Source of the DNA: Mytilus edulis
Lineage: Eukaryota
Length of the DNA stretch: 64,000 nucleotides
NCBI RefSeq assembly: GCF_963676685.1
Contig: NC_092355.1
Span: 48,360,001-48,424,000 of the forward strand
Direction of reading: 5' to 3'
A program made the position numbers and the translations under genes. A model generated the notes under the pieces. It saw nothing but the letters and a program-made list of their open reading frames with translations, searched no databases and had not been told where the DNA came from. Of this stretch, positions 1 to 13,900 are shown in pieces; positions within the stretch are counted from its first letter, which is position 1, and each line of letters begins with the position of its first letter.

Positions 1-301
1 TAACATTTTTAAGTAATTGTTTCAATCATATGAAAGACAATTTTATTAAACTTTTTCTATCATTGCATGTTTTGTATCTATAGATTTAAAATAATATGGC
101 CATTTTAATTATCAAAATGTTTTAGTAAAAAGAAATAATAGATATACTCCCTTAAGGTGGTAACTTACACTACAGGGAGATAATTCTGTAAGAATCAGCT
201 GACCATTTAAATCAAGTGGAATTGTTAAGGAAATATAAAATTAACAAGCCAAATTAATATTAGTAAAGGTGTCAGGTACCACTTTATGTCTTGAAACTTA
301 C

Positions 302-3300
302 TTTGAAGATAAAATAATCCAGTCAATTATACATTGGCTTCTCTCAGATTTTGTTTTTTCTTGGAAAAGGTTTCTTGCCATTGCTAGATCTTCAACTTTC
401 ACACCTGACAGGCAAAATACAGAACAACAAAATACTACTTGGAGTGTGTCTAATGCAAGAATCTTCATTTTTCCTGTAAAATAAAATGTATTTTAGCCAT
501 AAATATTTAAAATCCTAAAACACATTTTACACAATCTTGGATGCTGTATGGGTTTTACTCAATGTTGATGGCCTATATTTCAATGGCAGTCAGCAGGGTT
601 TAGGAACATCAGTTGTTTAATCTGCTAGTCAAATGCGTTTTGTTAAAATATATTTTTTCACTATTTTGTATGTGCTGTATTTAGACCATTCTACAGTGAA
701 ATTTGTTACATGCACACGTATAAAGTTTTCATCTGACAAATTCATAGGTTGAACATTGTTTTCACTGCTCACTGATGATACCCCCGCCGCAAGTGGATAC
801 AATATTAATAGTGTAAAAATATGCAAGTGTTCGGTAAACAGGAAGTTGTCGAGTGATAAATCTGAAAACGCATCACACTGTATAGCTGACTTATATAAAT
901 CCTGAAACCAAATTTCAGAAATCCTTGTCAGGCGCGTAGCAACCCGTACGCAAAAACGCAGTTGCGTACACATCGAAAATTTGACAAAAATAAAAATATG
1001 GTAAATCTAGTTAGAATAAAACTTAAGTAATATAATTAATTATAAAGTGTTATAAAAATATGTTAATAGTCACTTTGTAACTATATTCCGTTCCGGAAAC
1101 TAGTTGACAAAAATAAAAATATGGTAAATCTAGTTAGAATAAAACTTAAGTAATAGAATTAATTATAAAGTGTTATAAAATATTCCGTTCCGGTACCTAG
1201 TTTTCTCGTTACATTTTCGGGACCAGCATCGTGATTGTGCAGCTGATGCAAACAATTAAAATAGCCAAGTCCTCGGTGTTTCAGAATACAAAAAGTGCGT
1301 TTATAATGCCTCCTTATTTGCAACTTATTCGCCGTTTTTGTTTTACTTTCGGTCTTGCAAGATGGGTGCCTCGTTTATTTAATTATTCCGTTCCGGAAAC
1401 TAGTATACGTGTCTCGAGATTAAAAGTGTTTAATCTCCATGTGCAAAATTTAAAGTGCTTGTTTTCCTTGCTTTGTAAAAATAAAAGACTCATTTTTGGA
1501 AGTTGATAAAAAGAACTCAGATTTAATTTGAAGCTTTTCCTTGCAGATTTTGGGACTTCAAAAGTATTTATATACAAATGTATAGTTAAAAGTTTCCAAG
1601 GATTTATACCCGGGAATCTTTAAAATACTTAACATATATGCATGTATGTCGGTCTAGACGGCAACGATAGAACAATCTTTCAGTACCATGAGACGACTAA
1701 AGAAATACAATGAAATCCATCCGTTTATCTGGGCTTGTTCTATTGAACAAAATCACGAAAAACAAATTTCAACAGACACGGTTTTGGATAACTGGAAAGG
1801 AAATGGTCATTGACTTTCAGAACTAACTTTGAGAATTAAAAGCTAAAAGAAAGACTGCTTGTTCTCTTATAAAATAAAACATAGAGAAATGTGATTCGAT
1901 TTATTTATGTATTTTCTCAATAAAAAAAAAATACCCTTTAAGGCTTAGAAATTTGGATTTTCTCAGTGAATGTATAGTGGGTTGAGACTGATTATAGGTA
2001 GCAATTGAAATATATGGTGGTGGCACTATATATATTTTAATTGTTACGTAATATATAAATAAGCTCTACCCACTACACATAAGTTTTTTGTTCTCTATTT
2101 GTTTTTTCAAATTTAATTATTTTCAAAAGTTGTCTTGTTACTCATGAAAATAAGATTTCTATGAGGTCATTTTCAGTCCCAGGAAATCGCGAGAATGCAG
2201 GATATTGCACCATTTACTCTAGAGCTTCTGTCGGCCTTGAGCGGCCCCCAGACCCCTCGCCGTATGACTTCTTTCCCCGGCATTGCGTACACATCATTTT
2301 GGCCTAGCTACGCCCCTGCTTGTATTGTAGTTCCTAAGAAAAATGTGTCGAAAATTTTTAACTTGGCTATCATGTGTAAAATCATACAAGTGTTCGGTAA
2401 ACAGGAAGTTGTCGAGTGATCAATCTGAAAACGCATCACACGGTATAGCTGACTTAGATAAACCCTGAAACCAAATTTCAGAAATCCTTGTATTGTTGTT
2501 CTTGAGAAAAATGCGACAAAAATATTCATGGGACGGACGGACTGACTGACGGACTGACAGACGGACGGTACGACAGACTGACGGAAGGACAGACAGAGGT
2601 AAAACAGTATACCCCCCTTTTTTAATTATTAGAAAATGGACAGACATATTGACAGAAAATTCTTATGAACTATTCCATATTTACCTTTCCTCTCTGAATG
2701 CCTGTCATCCATTGTTCTTTTTTTGGGTAATGTTTCAACAGAACCTATAATTCATGGAGAAAAAAAAATGTGTATAACTGATAAGCTGCCTCAAGTTGTT
2801 GTATGGGTAATAGTTTTACATAGGAATATTTGTGACATTATTTTAGACGTGAATTTCCATGAGAATTAGTCTAGGACCCTAAACTTATGATATCAGAATA
2901 AATTTACAGTAATTGTTTTAAAATTATGAACTTAAATTTTTGTATTTGATGCGACTGACATACAAGTGAGAGGTTTAGCTAGCTTTAAAACCAGGTTTAA
3001 TCCACAATTTTCTAGATAAGAAAATGCCTGTACCAAGTCCGGAATATGACAGTTGTTATCCATTCGGTTGCTGTGTTTGAACTTTTGATTTTGCCATTTG
3101 ATTGGGGACTTTCCTTTTTGAATTTTCCTTGGAGTTCAGTATTTTTGTGATTTTACTTTTTATACTTGTAATACTTGTTCATCTTGTAAATTTAAACCAG
3201 GACAAATTTACTACTTACACAGGAACACTGATGATAAGTAGGGAGATTTTAAATCTTATCTATGTTGCATGTAATATATTACAAAACATAATATCTTATA

Positions 3301-3360
3301 TTAAATTTTCTTTCTTCTTCATTTGAACATTAAAAATATTATTAAAGAAATTCTATTTTC

Positions 3361-3396
<36 letters not shown>

Positions 3397-6300
3397 TATA
3401 CCATGTTCTTCAAAGTATGAGAAATCTTCTTCCGTATCACTCTCCTCATCAATGTCTTCATACTGGTATGGATCTAGTAAACATTTATAATCATTTATCA
3501 TATGTTTAGTAGTAAATGCAGTAGTTTTACATATTTGATAAATAGCCTGCTGTTTAATCCATATTGCGCAACTTTGATGCACACCCTTTATAGCATACCC
3601 TTTATCACACCCCTACTTTTTTTTCTACATAGTCAGTTTTGTTTAATATAAGCAAACTAGGGATGCCACATGTAGTGAAGGATCTGAGTTGTCTGATTCA
3701 TATGAAAATTTCATGGCAGATAGATCACAGAATTATATTTTAATATCATGTTAGAATTGCTTTAAATGCTTTTAAAAAGATTTTAGCCGAAAAATGCATT
3801 TTGCTCCATTGTTATGTTTTTTGCTATGTCGTGGAACGACTACTAGTATCTTAATTGGTTGGCGGGCTGCCGTCATGGAAACATTTTTTGAACAAGAGAC
3901 CCGAGTGATGAGTGTGTCCATGTAGTTTCAGAAAAGATTTATGTAACAGTTTACGGACGACAAATGACGAAAATCTCACTTTTGGCCAGGTTAAGTAAAA
4001 AAGGCTATGTTTATTGGTACGGCATAAGTCATAAGCCATCAAGTATCTTCATATACTTGCTAGGCTTATCCATAGATGTTATACCCATATGCATACAGAA
4101 TTTATTTTTTCGAATTTCATGATGTCCAGATCAAAAATTTCTTAAACAGCTTTTATTTTTAACACATAACTGATCTTAACTGTATGAAGATTGTTGGTTT
4201 ATTTTGTCACTTTTTTATGTGAACTTTTATTTTATGTTAAAAAGTAATGCTTATATTATATTAATATCTATAAAGTTATATTAAGTATCATTTTGCTACA
4301 AGCTTGGACTATTATACCAACGGCCCGAATTTCATCAAGAAATATCAGTTATTTCCCCTTAGTTTACGTTTTCAAATAAATCAAATTTTACTGTTTTTAT
4401 TTATTAAATTTATTTTAACCATTAACGTATTGTGTATGTTATCAAACATTGTCATACATCAGTTTTTTATATCAAAATAAAAGCAATAATTAGAAGACAA
4501 ATATGCAAAGCTTGTTTTTAGATTGCACCCAACCATTTAATATCGACATGTCTATATACTCCAACTCAAACATACAATTCCAAATAGCGACCGTGCAAGG
4601 GCTATATAGCCAGTCAAGATCGATAAACACTTCCATATTTAAACACTCTGAAGGCTGAAAAGCCAGTAAAGGCCGTTAACAAATCTCACTAACAATATTA
4701 ACCTCTCCGCATTTTTTGCGCCTGTCCCAATTAAGCAGCCTTTAGCCGTTGTTAGACTTATTTTATTTTAATTTTAGGTTATAGTATATTAATTTAATTC
4801 TAGTGTCTTGTGTACAATTTGGAAAATAATATGGCGTTCATTATCACTGAACTAGTATATATTTGTTTAGGGGCCAGCTAAAGGACGCCTTTTGTTTGCA
4901 AAATTTGTTTACTACATTAAAGACTTGTTGGTGACCTTCTGCTGTTGTTTTTTTTTCTATGGTCGGGTTGTTGTCTCTTTAACACATTCCCCAATTCCAT
5001 TCTCAATTTTACTTCCATATATATACCGACCGTGCAAGGGCTGAAAAGCCAGTCCAGGTCGTTAAACACTTCCATATATATATACCGACCTTTAAGGGCT
5101 GAAAACTATTTTAAATAGTTTTAAATCGTTTAATCTTAACCCAATGCATCTAGTCCCAAAAAATACTACCATTAGTTTATAAAACTACCTAGATAATGTT
5201 GAAGTTTGTAATGCAATTTATCAGGTAATTACAGATTTTAATATTGAAACTGCATCATATTACCTAAATATAATGCACACGATCTATTTGAGTAGTCTAA
5301 ATGCGTTGACTGTAAATTTCTATGTCATATACAGTCACTGAGCTGATATCACTTTTCCTCATGAATATTTATTTTAAATAGAAATTGCCGAAATTGTAAT
5401 TAATTATTCATACGATCTTTTCAACATGTACGTATGTGCTTGTGTCAAGTCAGGAGCCTGTAATTCAGTGGTTGTTGCTTGTTTATGTGTTTCATATTTG
5501 TTTTTCGTTCATTTTTTTACATAAATAAGGCCGTTAGTTTTCTCGTTTGAATTGTTTTACATTGTCTTATCGGGGCCTTTTATAGCTGACTATATGCGGT
5601 AGGCCGTACGGTGACCTATAATTGCTAATGTTTGTGTCATTTTGGTCTTTTGTGGATAGTTGTCTCATTGGCAATCATACCACATCTTCTTTTTATATTT
5701 TGTTTCCAATGTATACAAAGACTCGAAATTATTTCCGTTTAAAATAAATTAATGTCATAACGCAATGTGAAATAAACCTGGAAATGATCGCAATTACTGA
5801 TTACAACTGACTACTCGCAGAGTGATACTTAGATTTGAAACACCAAATGACTTTGAAAGAAAGAAGTTCCAGGCATATATTTTTCTTACTTTTAACTATA
5901 TATGTTACGCTTTCGTATAAATATAACCGACTTTACGGAATGGGATATTGAAGTCAGTTGGGGCTTTCGTCCCGGGATTTCGACAAATTCTTTAGCTAGA
6001 TGTTTAAGGATAATTGTTTCATTAGCAATGACAAAACCCATCTATATGTTACATAGAGGAAAAACTATTTTGGCGCAAATGAAACGGAAATGCCAATTGG
6101 CGCAAAAGAAAAACATCGAATGTAAATAACTGTGTTCATGGGATGAAAAATTTAAGTATGAATATAAAAAGCACAATATGAATAGTAATGATTAAAATTT
6201 TAATTTGAAGTTCAGTAGAAAGAAGTTAAATAACTTAAAATTTCAGACCACATACGGGCCTAGGAAAACAGCACTTGTCTTTGAAAAAAAAAACCGCCAG

Positions 6301-6407
6301 AGAAATACGGAAATGATAAAATATATTCAATAACAACATTAAGAATTGCAGTAACACAGTAAATCAATAAAAATTAATGTACCTTTGTATTCTAAATCTT
6401 CTTCCAT
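302..6407 (-). CDS. Spliced ORF, 5' part of a probable DNA-transposase-like protein; exons 6407-6383, 3473-3402, 2744-2685, 473-302; continues beyond the left edge
   Basis: Four exons with GT-AG introns and matching phases (1,1,1; last donor phase 2) give MEEDLEYKDPYQYEDIDEESDTEEDFSYFEEHGSVETLPKKRTMDDRHSERKGKMKILALDTLQVVFCCSVFCLSGVKVEDLAMARNLFQEKTKSERSQCIIDWIILSS. The CC-x3-CL...R-x2-F...E-x4-I-x2-W pattern resembles, from memory, N-termini of Sola-like/DUF7869-type transposases; no catalytic domain is in the window. Confidence 0.6.
929..2318. mobile_element. Non-autonomous TIR DNA transposon (CAG termini, 5-bp TSD) inserted into another repeat
   Basis: TIRs caggcgcgtagc / gctacgcccctg; TSD cttgt at 924-928 and 2319-2323; host repeat continues on both sides (about 781-928 and 2319-2620). 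Confidence 0.8.
4705..5010 (+). mobile_element. 3'-end fragment of the Naiad-type Penelope-like family present at 54929-61668
   Basis: Diverged reverse complement of about 54930-55190 (atggcgttcattatcactgaactagtatatatttgtttaggggccag ... ccattctcaatttt). Confidence 0.75.
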
Positions 6408-6587
6408 CTTTAAATGCTGAAATAATGGTATGTTGTTTTCTTAAAACCAACTGTCAAACTTATTCCGCAATTGAATATCAGTCACAACGTCAATTTTTTT
6501 CGCGGAAAATTCGGATCGACGAATCAACGTTCGAGTTAATTGTTGACGTTTAAACGGGTTCGGGAAAGCAACGTCACATAGCTTGAA

Positions 6588-9500
6588 ATGGAGACGGCGA
6601 CGTGGGATTGTACTGTCGAAGACAAGAAGTTATATATCTGTGTGAATGGAAGAAAGATGGTTGGCGACGACGGGGAGTGTCTAGTATTGGAGGAAATTGG
6701 ACATGGAAAGTCAGGTGTAGAGTTATGGGTAAGATTTGATCTTTTGTTTTCAAGTACAGACTGACTAACGGCACATTACATATTTAGGCCAATAATGAAA
6801 AAAATATATATATATAGGACAAAATTGATACTCGAGTGATAAATAATGGCCTGTAAATAATTCCCTTTACCACCTTCCCTTTTAAATTAATGTTTAATGA
6901 CTGAAAATGTATTTCACTACCGTGTGACACGGCTGCTGCATTGCGGAGGAATATACGAAGAAAAGAAAATGCTCAAAGGATTTTTTTTCGAGATTTTCAG
7001 CTATGTCGTAGATGTAAATTGGTAAATAGGAAAAATTCCGAATTGACTGACATACCTGATTTTAATTTATAGAAATACTGTGGTGCCGATTTTTGTGTCA
7101 TGACCGGGAAATTAGATTTGAAAAAATCGCTAAGATGACCGTTAATCATTATCAAAATATAATGAAGAAATCCCAGAAATAATAAAAAAAACTTTTGACT
7201 TGTAGTTGGAGGCTGTACATCGCATTTTTTTAATTTTACTTGTAAGGTGTCATTTAATTTGCTTTTTTTGTTCCATGTTTTCTTCACTTGTTCATGTGCT
7301 TGTCTTGTTGCAAATTCAGTTTAAAAATTAAACCCTCGACTGTAAAATAAAATACATATAGTGAACTATGTATTTGAAGCACGTCTTATTTTCTTTTACC
7401 TATAGGATAATACTCTCATATAAATACGTTCATACCAACACGATTAATCATTTGATAAAAGAAGTAGTAATATAAATACGGATATTTCTTAGAATTGACG
7501 GTCATTCTGTGAATGCAGTTACGGTCATCGGTCATCGATTTTTAGTTGAAATGATACTGGGACATTTTTTGAGTGTGAACTCACCTTTGTCCAACGACTG
7601 TGTACACGTTATCGTTTTTATGAATTGTTTTAGCGTGAACACTTTTTTGTGTAGTCATTACACAAAAATCGGAACCACAGTATTTCTATAAATTAAAATG
7701 TTTTATAAAATCGCTCATGGCTTTACTTGGTAATATTTTTTTTGAAAAATATCGCCTGATTTTAGTTGAAATGAAAGGACATTTCTTTAGTGAGAACTTA
7801 CTTTTGATTGCTTGATTGTCGGTTGCTTAACGTCCAGTGGCAAATATTTCATGCATATTAAGGACGAGAACAAGTTCACGATAAATACGATAGGTAGGTC
7901 TTGTCATAATCTGATAATAGAGGCAATTTGGGATGATGGTCGGGGAAATTTGGACTGCCACTGGAAAATAAGGGTAAGTTGGATAGGGATAGAAATCTTG
8001 CCTTGCAACAGGCAACCTACGGACCCTCATTGAGTTGTTGCAAGGGTTCTTAACGTGCAAAGAGCGTGGCACTCTCTTTACACGAGACAATGGATTTAAC
8101 GTCCCCATTCTAACCGGACGTGGCTGCGAACTAATACATCCCGCACAACCAAACGGACACTCCACTTCAGCAAGCGTTTTACTGCCGGTCGGGAGAAGAC
8201 CGAGTGACCATATTTCTCTTCCCCAGTCACCCTTGGGGGAACTTACTTTTCTCCTATGACTGTAATGATGTTAGAAGAAACGATAGTCCATAAGAAGGCA
8301 TTATTTTTAGAGGGTTAACATAATTCACATGCATGTAACACGGTTGATGTGTGTGATGCCCGAAAAGTCCGAGGTATAAAAAGACAGTAGACCAATAGAG
8401 ATGTAGAAAATCTTCACGATGCGAAAAATATCAATATAAGGAGATGTGGTATGATTGCAAAGGAGACAGCTATCAACCCAAAGTTCAAATAAAGTTGATG
8501 GAAAGACCAGTTTACTAACGGAGATTTATATAGATCTTTGACATAAATATCTACAGTTGTTTCCCTTGATTTCTCTTGAAATGCAGATTACACTTTAAAA
8601 TAATAATTTATATCGATAAAAATATAAATCTATAGAAATTTCACTGCTTACTATTATTCAATTGTTCCAGTAAAGTTTGAAATCTTCTCAACTACATCAT
8701 AAAAAAATTATTTTGAAACTTATTTCAGACATCTGTACCTTTTACACAACCGCACAATAACTTTAAATAAGTAAATTTAAACACAAGATTTAGAATAAAG
8801 ATAAAAAAAAAAAAAAGAAAGGTTGGGATTGCTTTTGGGAGTTAAGATTCGAACAGTTGAGGAATTGGGGGCTAAAAAGGGGGCCAAATAAGCATTTTTC
8901 TTGGTTTTCGCAACATAACTTAAGTACAACTTAATAGAAATCTATGAAATTTAAACACAAGGTTTATGACATTATTAAGAAAAGACTACATTTGAACCGT
9001 CCTGGGATTAAGATTAAATGGGTATTAAGCCTCACATGTTACCTTTGAGCTCTTCAACAATGAGAAAAAACAGATCCATACAGAATGTTTAAGAAATCCC
9101 AAAATGACTAATGATAAAACATTAAGAATAAGAAAACGTGTGTCACCTGCAGTTTTATAGAATTAAGTTAATGTTATTAATTTAATTTAGATGAGTATGT
9201 GTAAATGAATTTTACTTTTATTATTGCTGAACTATTGTTTGAATGTAAGTTTCATACATTTCATGACATATACTCATATTTCAGTTGTTTAAGGAGTTGC
9301 AAGGAATTAAAGACTTGAAAAGAACAAGCTTTTTACAAGAGGCATTGGAAACCTCACTTAAAGATTCTACCGCAAAAGTCAAAACTGCAAAAAAAAAGAA
9401 GAAATTGGAAGAGTGCATGCTAACCATAACAAAAAGCAAAACAATGGACCAGTGCAGAGAAACATATCCAGATCACTGTGATGGGATAGACAAATTTTTA

Positions 9501-11927
9501 GGTACAATTTGCTATTTATTTATATTCAAGAGATACCAATCTTCATTAAAAATGGTTAATAGGTGTGATGGATACTTTTTAAACTGTATCCTAAAAATAA
9601 TTTGGTGACTGGATTATATGGTTTTCTGTTTAGAATGGATATAATTAAAATAGCAGCACACATTTTTGTAAGAGTAAATGTAGAGTATTGGTTTGTACAA
9701 ATATGAAACTGATAAGCTGCTTTAGGCGAAAATATAGTTTGTTATATAATATGAACTTTATCGGGGGCCTTTTATAGCTGACTATGCGGTATGGGCTTTG
9801 CTCATTGTTGAAGGCAGTACGGTGACCTATAGTTGTTAATGTTTGTGTCATTTTGGTCTTTTGTGGATAGTTGTCTCATTGGCAATCATACCACATCTTC
9901 TTTTTTATATTTGTCTTTTGTTGAATACCATACATTCACTTTGTATCTCTGGTTGAGTTTTGTTTTGTTGTTTTGCTGTCTGATTTATCAGTATCAGCAG
10001 CCTCATTAAGGATGTTTGCTTGTAATATTTTGGATTTTTTGTCAGTTTTTTGAAATCCTTAAAAAAAATTGCCCATGAACCCCCATTTTTCTTTTCATAA
10101 ATCTTTTACATGTATAATTATATGCCATTTGTAAAAGTTTTATAAAATTTTATTTATTTTTTAATAGTTTTTGAGAACTTTAACAGGTCAATGATAAGGC
10201 TAAGAAAAATCAAGAGAAAACATTTTCCCGCCAAAATTTAAACGACTCTTATCTCAAAAACAAGCACATGACCCCTATTTTTTTTTTGCTTCTTCAATTT
10301 ATCCCCTATCAATATATACTAGTTTTAAGAAAAGTTATTTATTTTGAAACTGAGCAGCAAACTTCCTTAAATCTCATCTTACTTTAAATTAACACATCAT
10401 AGATACTAGGATTTAATTTTGTATTTAAGCCAGATGTAGTTTTTTCTTCAAAAGACTCTCAATTTTCGTATTCACATGTTTATATTGAAACATTATGTGA
10501 TTTAGGGAGCTACCATTTGATTTTTATGGGGTCTAGGATGAAATTTGAAAAAAATAGGCAGGACAGGAGTTTTGAGTAAAAAAAAAGGCAAGATGAGACA
10601 CTTGCAAAAAAAAAAAAAGGCAGGACGACAATTTAGGTAAAAAAAGTCAGGATAAACTAAAAAAAAAAAAAGGCAGGACTGAATAGAGTGAAAAATAAAA
10701 AGGCAGGACAGAGATTACAGCTAAAAAAAAGGCAGGACAAAATTTTTCATCCTAGCCCCCCCATAAAAATCAAATGGTAGCTCATTTACAAATCAAGATC
10801 AGAATTGATATTGACTGAATTTTAATTGATCCTTTTAAGTTTATGTGATACTTGGAGTAAAGCTTTAGATTTAGGACTATTAAAATAATATCAATGATTA
10901 GTAAATAAGAAAAGACATTTCAGCGTGTACACTCTTGTTTTCTACAAATCAAAGTGGTGATAGGATTTTCCAAACTGGTTTATTATAGAAGTATAATACA
11001 TAGGAATCATGATGCATAAATATAGGAAGATGTGGTGTGAGTGCCAATGAGACAACTCTCCATACAAATAACAATTTAAAAAGTAAACCATTATAGGTTA
11101 AAGTACGGCCTTCAACACGGAGCCTTGGCTCACACCGAACAACAAGCTATAAAGGGCCCCAAAATTACTAGTGTAAAACCATTCAAACCGGAAAACCAAC
11201 GGTCTAATCTATATAAACAAAACGAGAAACGAGAAACACGTATATATTACATAAACAAACGACAACTACTGTACATCAGATTCTTGACTTAGGACAGGTG
11301 CAAACATTTGCAGCGGGATTAAACATGATGCAGACTGATTGAAGGTTAAGAGCCTCTAAAATATAAGGTATTTTATAATAAGTTAATTGATGTTGTACAC
11401 AGTCATGACCAACTGTTTTAATAATTTTTTTTTTTTCAGATTTAGATATTACAAAAAATTGCATTCCATCATCTTTTGTTAGTTACTGCCAAGAAGCCGT
11501 GGACACAGCGGATCTGGACAACACCATTCCTGAAGATTTCAGTCCAGATATTAACATTAACATTAATCTAAATGGAACCAATATTTCAAACAATACAATT
11601 GTAAATAATATCATCAATCATATAAAGAAACATACACTTAAAAAATTATTGAGTAAAAAAAAATATATTTTGGAATCCATTGTTGATAAAAATGATATAT
11701 GTGATAGTGATAATAATGATATTTGTGATAGTGATAATAATGATATTTGTGATAGTGATAATCATGATAATACTGCAGATGATTCTGGATTCCCAGATAC
11801 CTCTGAAATGAATATTAGCAGTTTTGATACTGAAATTGATTTGAATAGTATATGCACAGAAAGTAATGCTGAAACCCAGCAACCTGAAACCTCAAGTATT
11901 GTGTCTCAGGACCTATTTGTTGATTGA
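6588..11927 (+). CDS. Uncharacterised 281-aa three-exon protein; exons 6588-6728, 9285-9501, 11440-11927
   Basis: ATG 6588, donor GTAAGA (phase 0), acceptor tttcag 9284, donor GTACAA (phase 1), acceptor ttttttcag 11439; 846 nt open to TGA. METATWDCTVEDKKLYICVNGRKMV...ELW/LFKELQGIKDLKR...KKKKKLEEC...DKFL/DLDITKNC...; acidic tail with three DICDSDN repeats. Confidence 0.7.
7805..8240 (-). mobile_element. SINE-like element with a Nin/Deu-like central domain
   Basis: GC-richer island; minus strand has ggggacgttaaa...gtctcgtgt...gcacgttaagaaccc, which resembles the Nin/Deu SINE core, and an (AATC)-like tail near 7805-7815. Confidence 0.5.
10010..10366. mobile_element. Kolobok-like MITE (GG termini, TTAA TSD)
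   Basis: ttaa|ggatgtttgct ... agcaaacttcc|ttaa. Confidence 0.7.
10505..10783. mobile_element. MITE with TIRs and internal aaaaggcaggac repeats
   Basis: gagctaccatttgatttttatgggg ... ccccataaaaatcaaatggtagctc inverted repeat. Confidence 0.7.
11020..11325. repeat. Abundant dispersed repeat; related fragments at about 5430-5697, 9760-9905, 28915-29080, 31735-32120
   Basis: Shared motifs agatgtggtatga.tgccaatgagacaact and cttgacttaggacagg recur in both orientations; similar in style to the Penelope-like 3' end. Confidence 0.6.
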
Positions 11928-11943
11928 TATTTTTAACCTTTAA

Positions 11944-12346
11944 GGATGTACTTAGGTGAGGTATTTGAATAAGTGTTCAGACTCCTTGATGTTTTGCCAT
12001 ATGATACAAGGTAAAATGTTTTGCCCCATAACACCTACATGACCTATTATCTTTTTTCATAAGACTTTATAGCTCATAAAAGATCATTTGACAAAATTTG
12101 AGCAGATTCTTGATTTTCTTTCTTTTGATTTGAGACCAAAACAATACCAATGCAAACATGAGGTAAAAGTCCAATTCAGCCTTTTCCCGCAAATTTTATA
12201 AATCAAATATTTTGAAAAAAAATCTCCATGACCTATCAATATTTTTAGCTTATTTTGATCCTGAACTATAATACTCTTCCAGCTTAAAGTATCAATTTTG
12301 AAATCTTGATTTATTTAACTATACATAAGATTGCCTAAGTACATCC
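11944..12346. mobile_element. Kolobok-like MITE (TIR GGATGTACTTAGG, TTAA TSD)
   Basis: ttaa|ggatgtacttagg ... cctaagtacatcc|ttaa; perfect 13-bp TIR. Confidence 0.8.
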
Positions 12347-13202
12347 TTAACAAAATTATTATTCAATTAATTGAATCATGAATAAGACTTATAAGTTAAT
12401 TGAAGTACAATATGTGTAATAGTCATATAGAATATATCAAATGAATAAATTATTATCAAATTCATACATGTGATTTTATCGATAACAACAGATGAGAATA
12501 TGCTCAACAGAATAAAAGAGCATTTCAAATTAAAAATGTATATAATGTAGACATTAATAATCAAAGGTTCAGGTATTGTGCTGTATAATAACTGGGATAT
12601 TTAACTCTTGTTTAGTAGCTATAAGCACATATTGGTATGTGATTCTTGTTATGTGGCTCTTCTGTGTTGTTCAAAGTGTAGATCTGTAATGTAATCTCAT
12701 CTCATTTGGGACCTAGTTAATTCTTGGCTTCTGAACTGAATGCATTCTTGGATACATTTTTGCAAAGGCTACACTGTAAAATGGGATTTGTTTAAAATGC
12801 TCTTCATTATGGAATTCCAAGGAATGATGTGACATTTTTTCTCATTTAATGGTTTGATAAGTGAAATAGTAAAAGACTTCATCATACACAGACAATTTTG
12901 GTATGCCTTCAAATTAAAATAGAACTAAAAAAGGTGTATCAACATTTACATGGACATGTAGGTAGATATACTATATAAATCATCAGACATGTATGAAAAC
13001 AAACCAATGCACATTATGATTATATTGATGTGTACAGTTAATTACACATACTTTCCTAGTTTGTGTTCCAAGAAATTATTGGAAATTGCATACCATCTAC
13101 AGAAAAGACAGTGATATTCAGCTTGTTTAAATTACCCTAAATACTGTTTCCAAATACAGTTAATATAGCATCAAAGAATTATCAATGTGGTAGCAGTGTT
13201 TG

Positions 13203-13507
13203 ACCATTCCAGAAAAGTCAATGTGCTGTTACCATGGTCGATGTAGTGTTACCATTCCAGAATGGTCGATGTAGTGTTACCATTCCAGAATGGTCAATGT
13301 AGTATTACCATTCCAGAATGGTCGATGTAGTGTTACCATTCCAGAATGGTCGATGTAGTGTTACCATTCCAGAATGGTCGATGTAGTGTTACCATTCCAG
13401 AATGGTGGATGTAGTGTAGTGTTACCATTCCAGAATGGTCAATGTAGTGTTACCATTCCAGAATGGTCGATGTAGTGTTACCATTCCAGAATGGTAAATG
13501 TAGTGTT
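13203..13507. repeat. 28-bp minisatellite (ccattccagaatggtcgatgtagtgtta), about 10 copies
   Basis: Directly visible tandem array; each unit contains the inverted repeat accattc-ca-gaatggt. Confidence 0.9.
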
Positions 13508-13669
13508 AATTATCATTTAATTGATCTTTCAAAAGTATCCTTAGATTGACTATTCCAGAATGGTAACACAACATTGATAATTATAAAATGACAACAATAA
13601 TTTAACTTTTCCAGAATGGTAACAGCACATTGACCATTACATAAACAAGTTTGAAAACCACAATGCTTG

Positions 13670-13900
13670 AGTGTTGTAACCATACATACATGATCACAGT
13701 GTTGTGACCATACATACATGATCACGGGTTTAATCACACATACATAACATGATCACAGTGGTGTGACCATACATACATGATCACAGGTGTGTAACCATAC
13801 ATACATAATCACAGTGTTGTGACAAATAAATACATGATCACGGGTTTAACCACACATACATAACATGATCACAGTGGTGTGACTATACATACATAATCAC
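13670..13900. repeat. About 29-33-bp minisatellite (catacatacatgatcacagtgttgtgac)
   Basis: About 7 degenerate tandem copies. Confidence 0.85.

Noticed and set aside
3474-3582. Upstream part of ORF 3319-3582 as coding
   Set aside because: Only 3473-3402 is bounded by splice sites in compatible phase; the rest appears intronic.
6408-6630. Longer N-terminal extension of the minus-strand transposase-like ORF
   Set aside because: In-frame TAA at 6443-6441 and no in-frame ATG upstream; it would overlap the plus-strand gene's first exon.
13203-13507. Palindromic 28-bp repeats resembling a CRISPR array
   Set aside because: Units are directly tandem with no unique spacers, there are no cas genes, and the context is eukaryotic.
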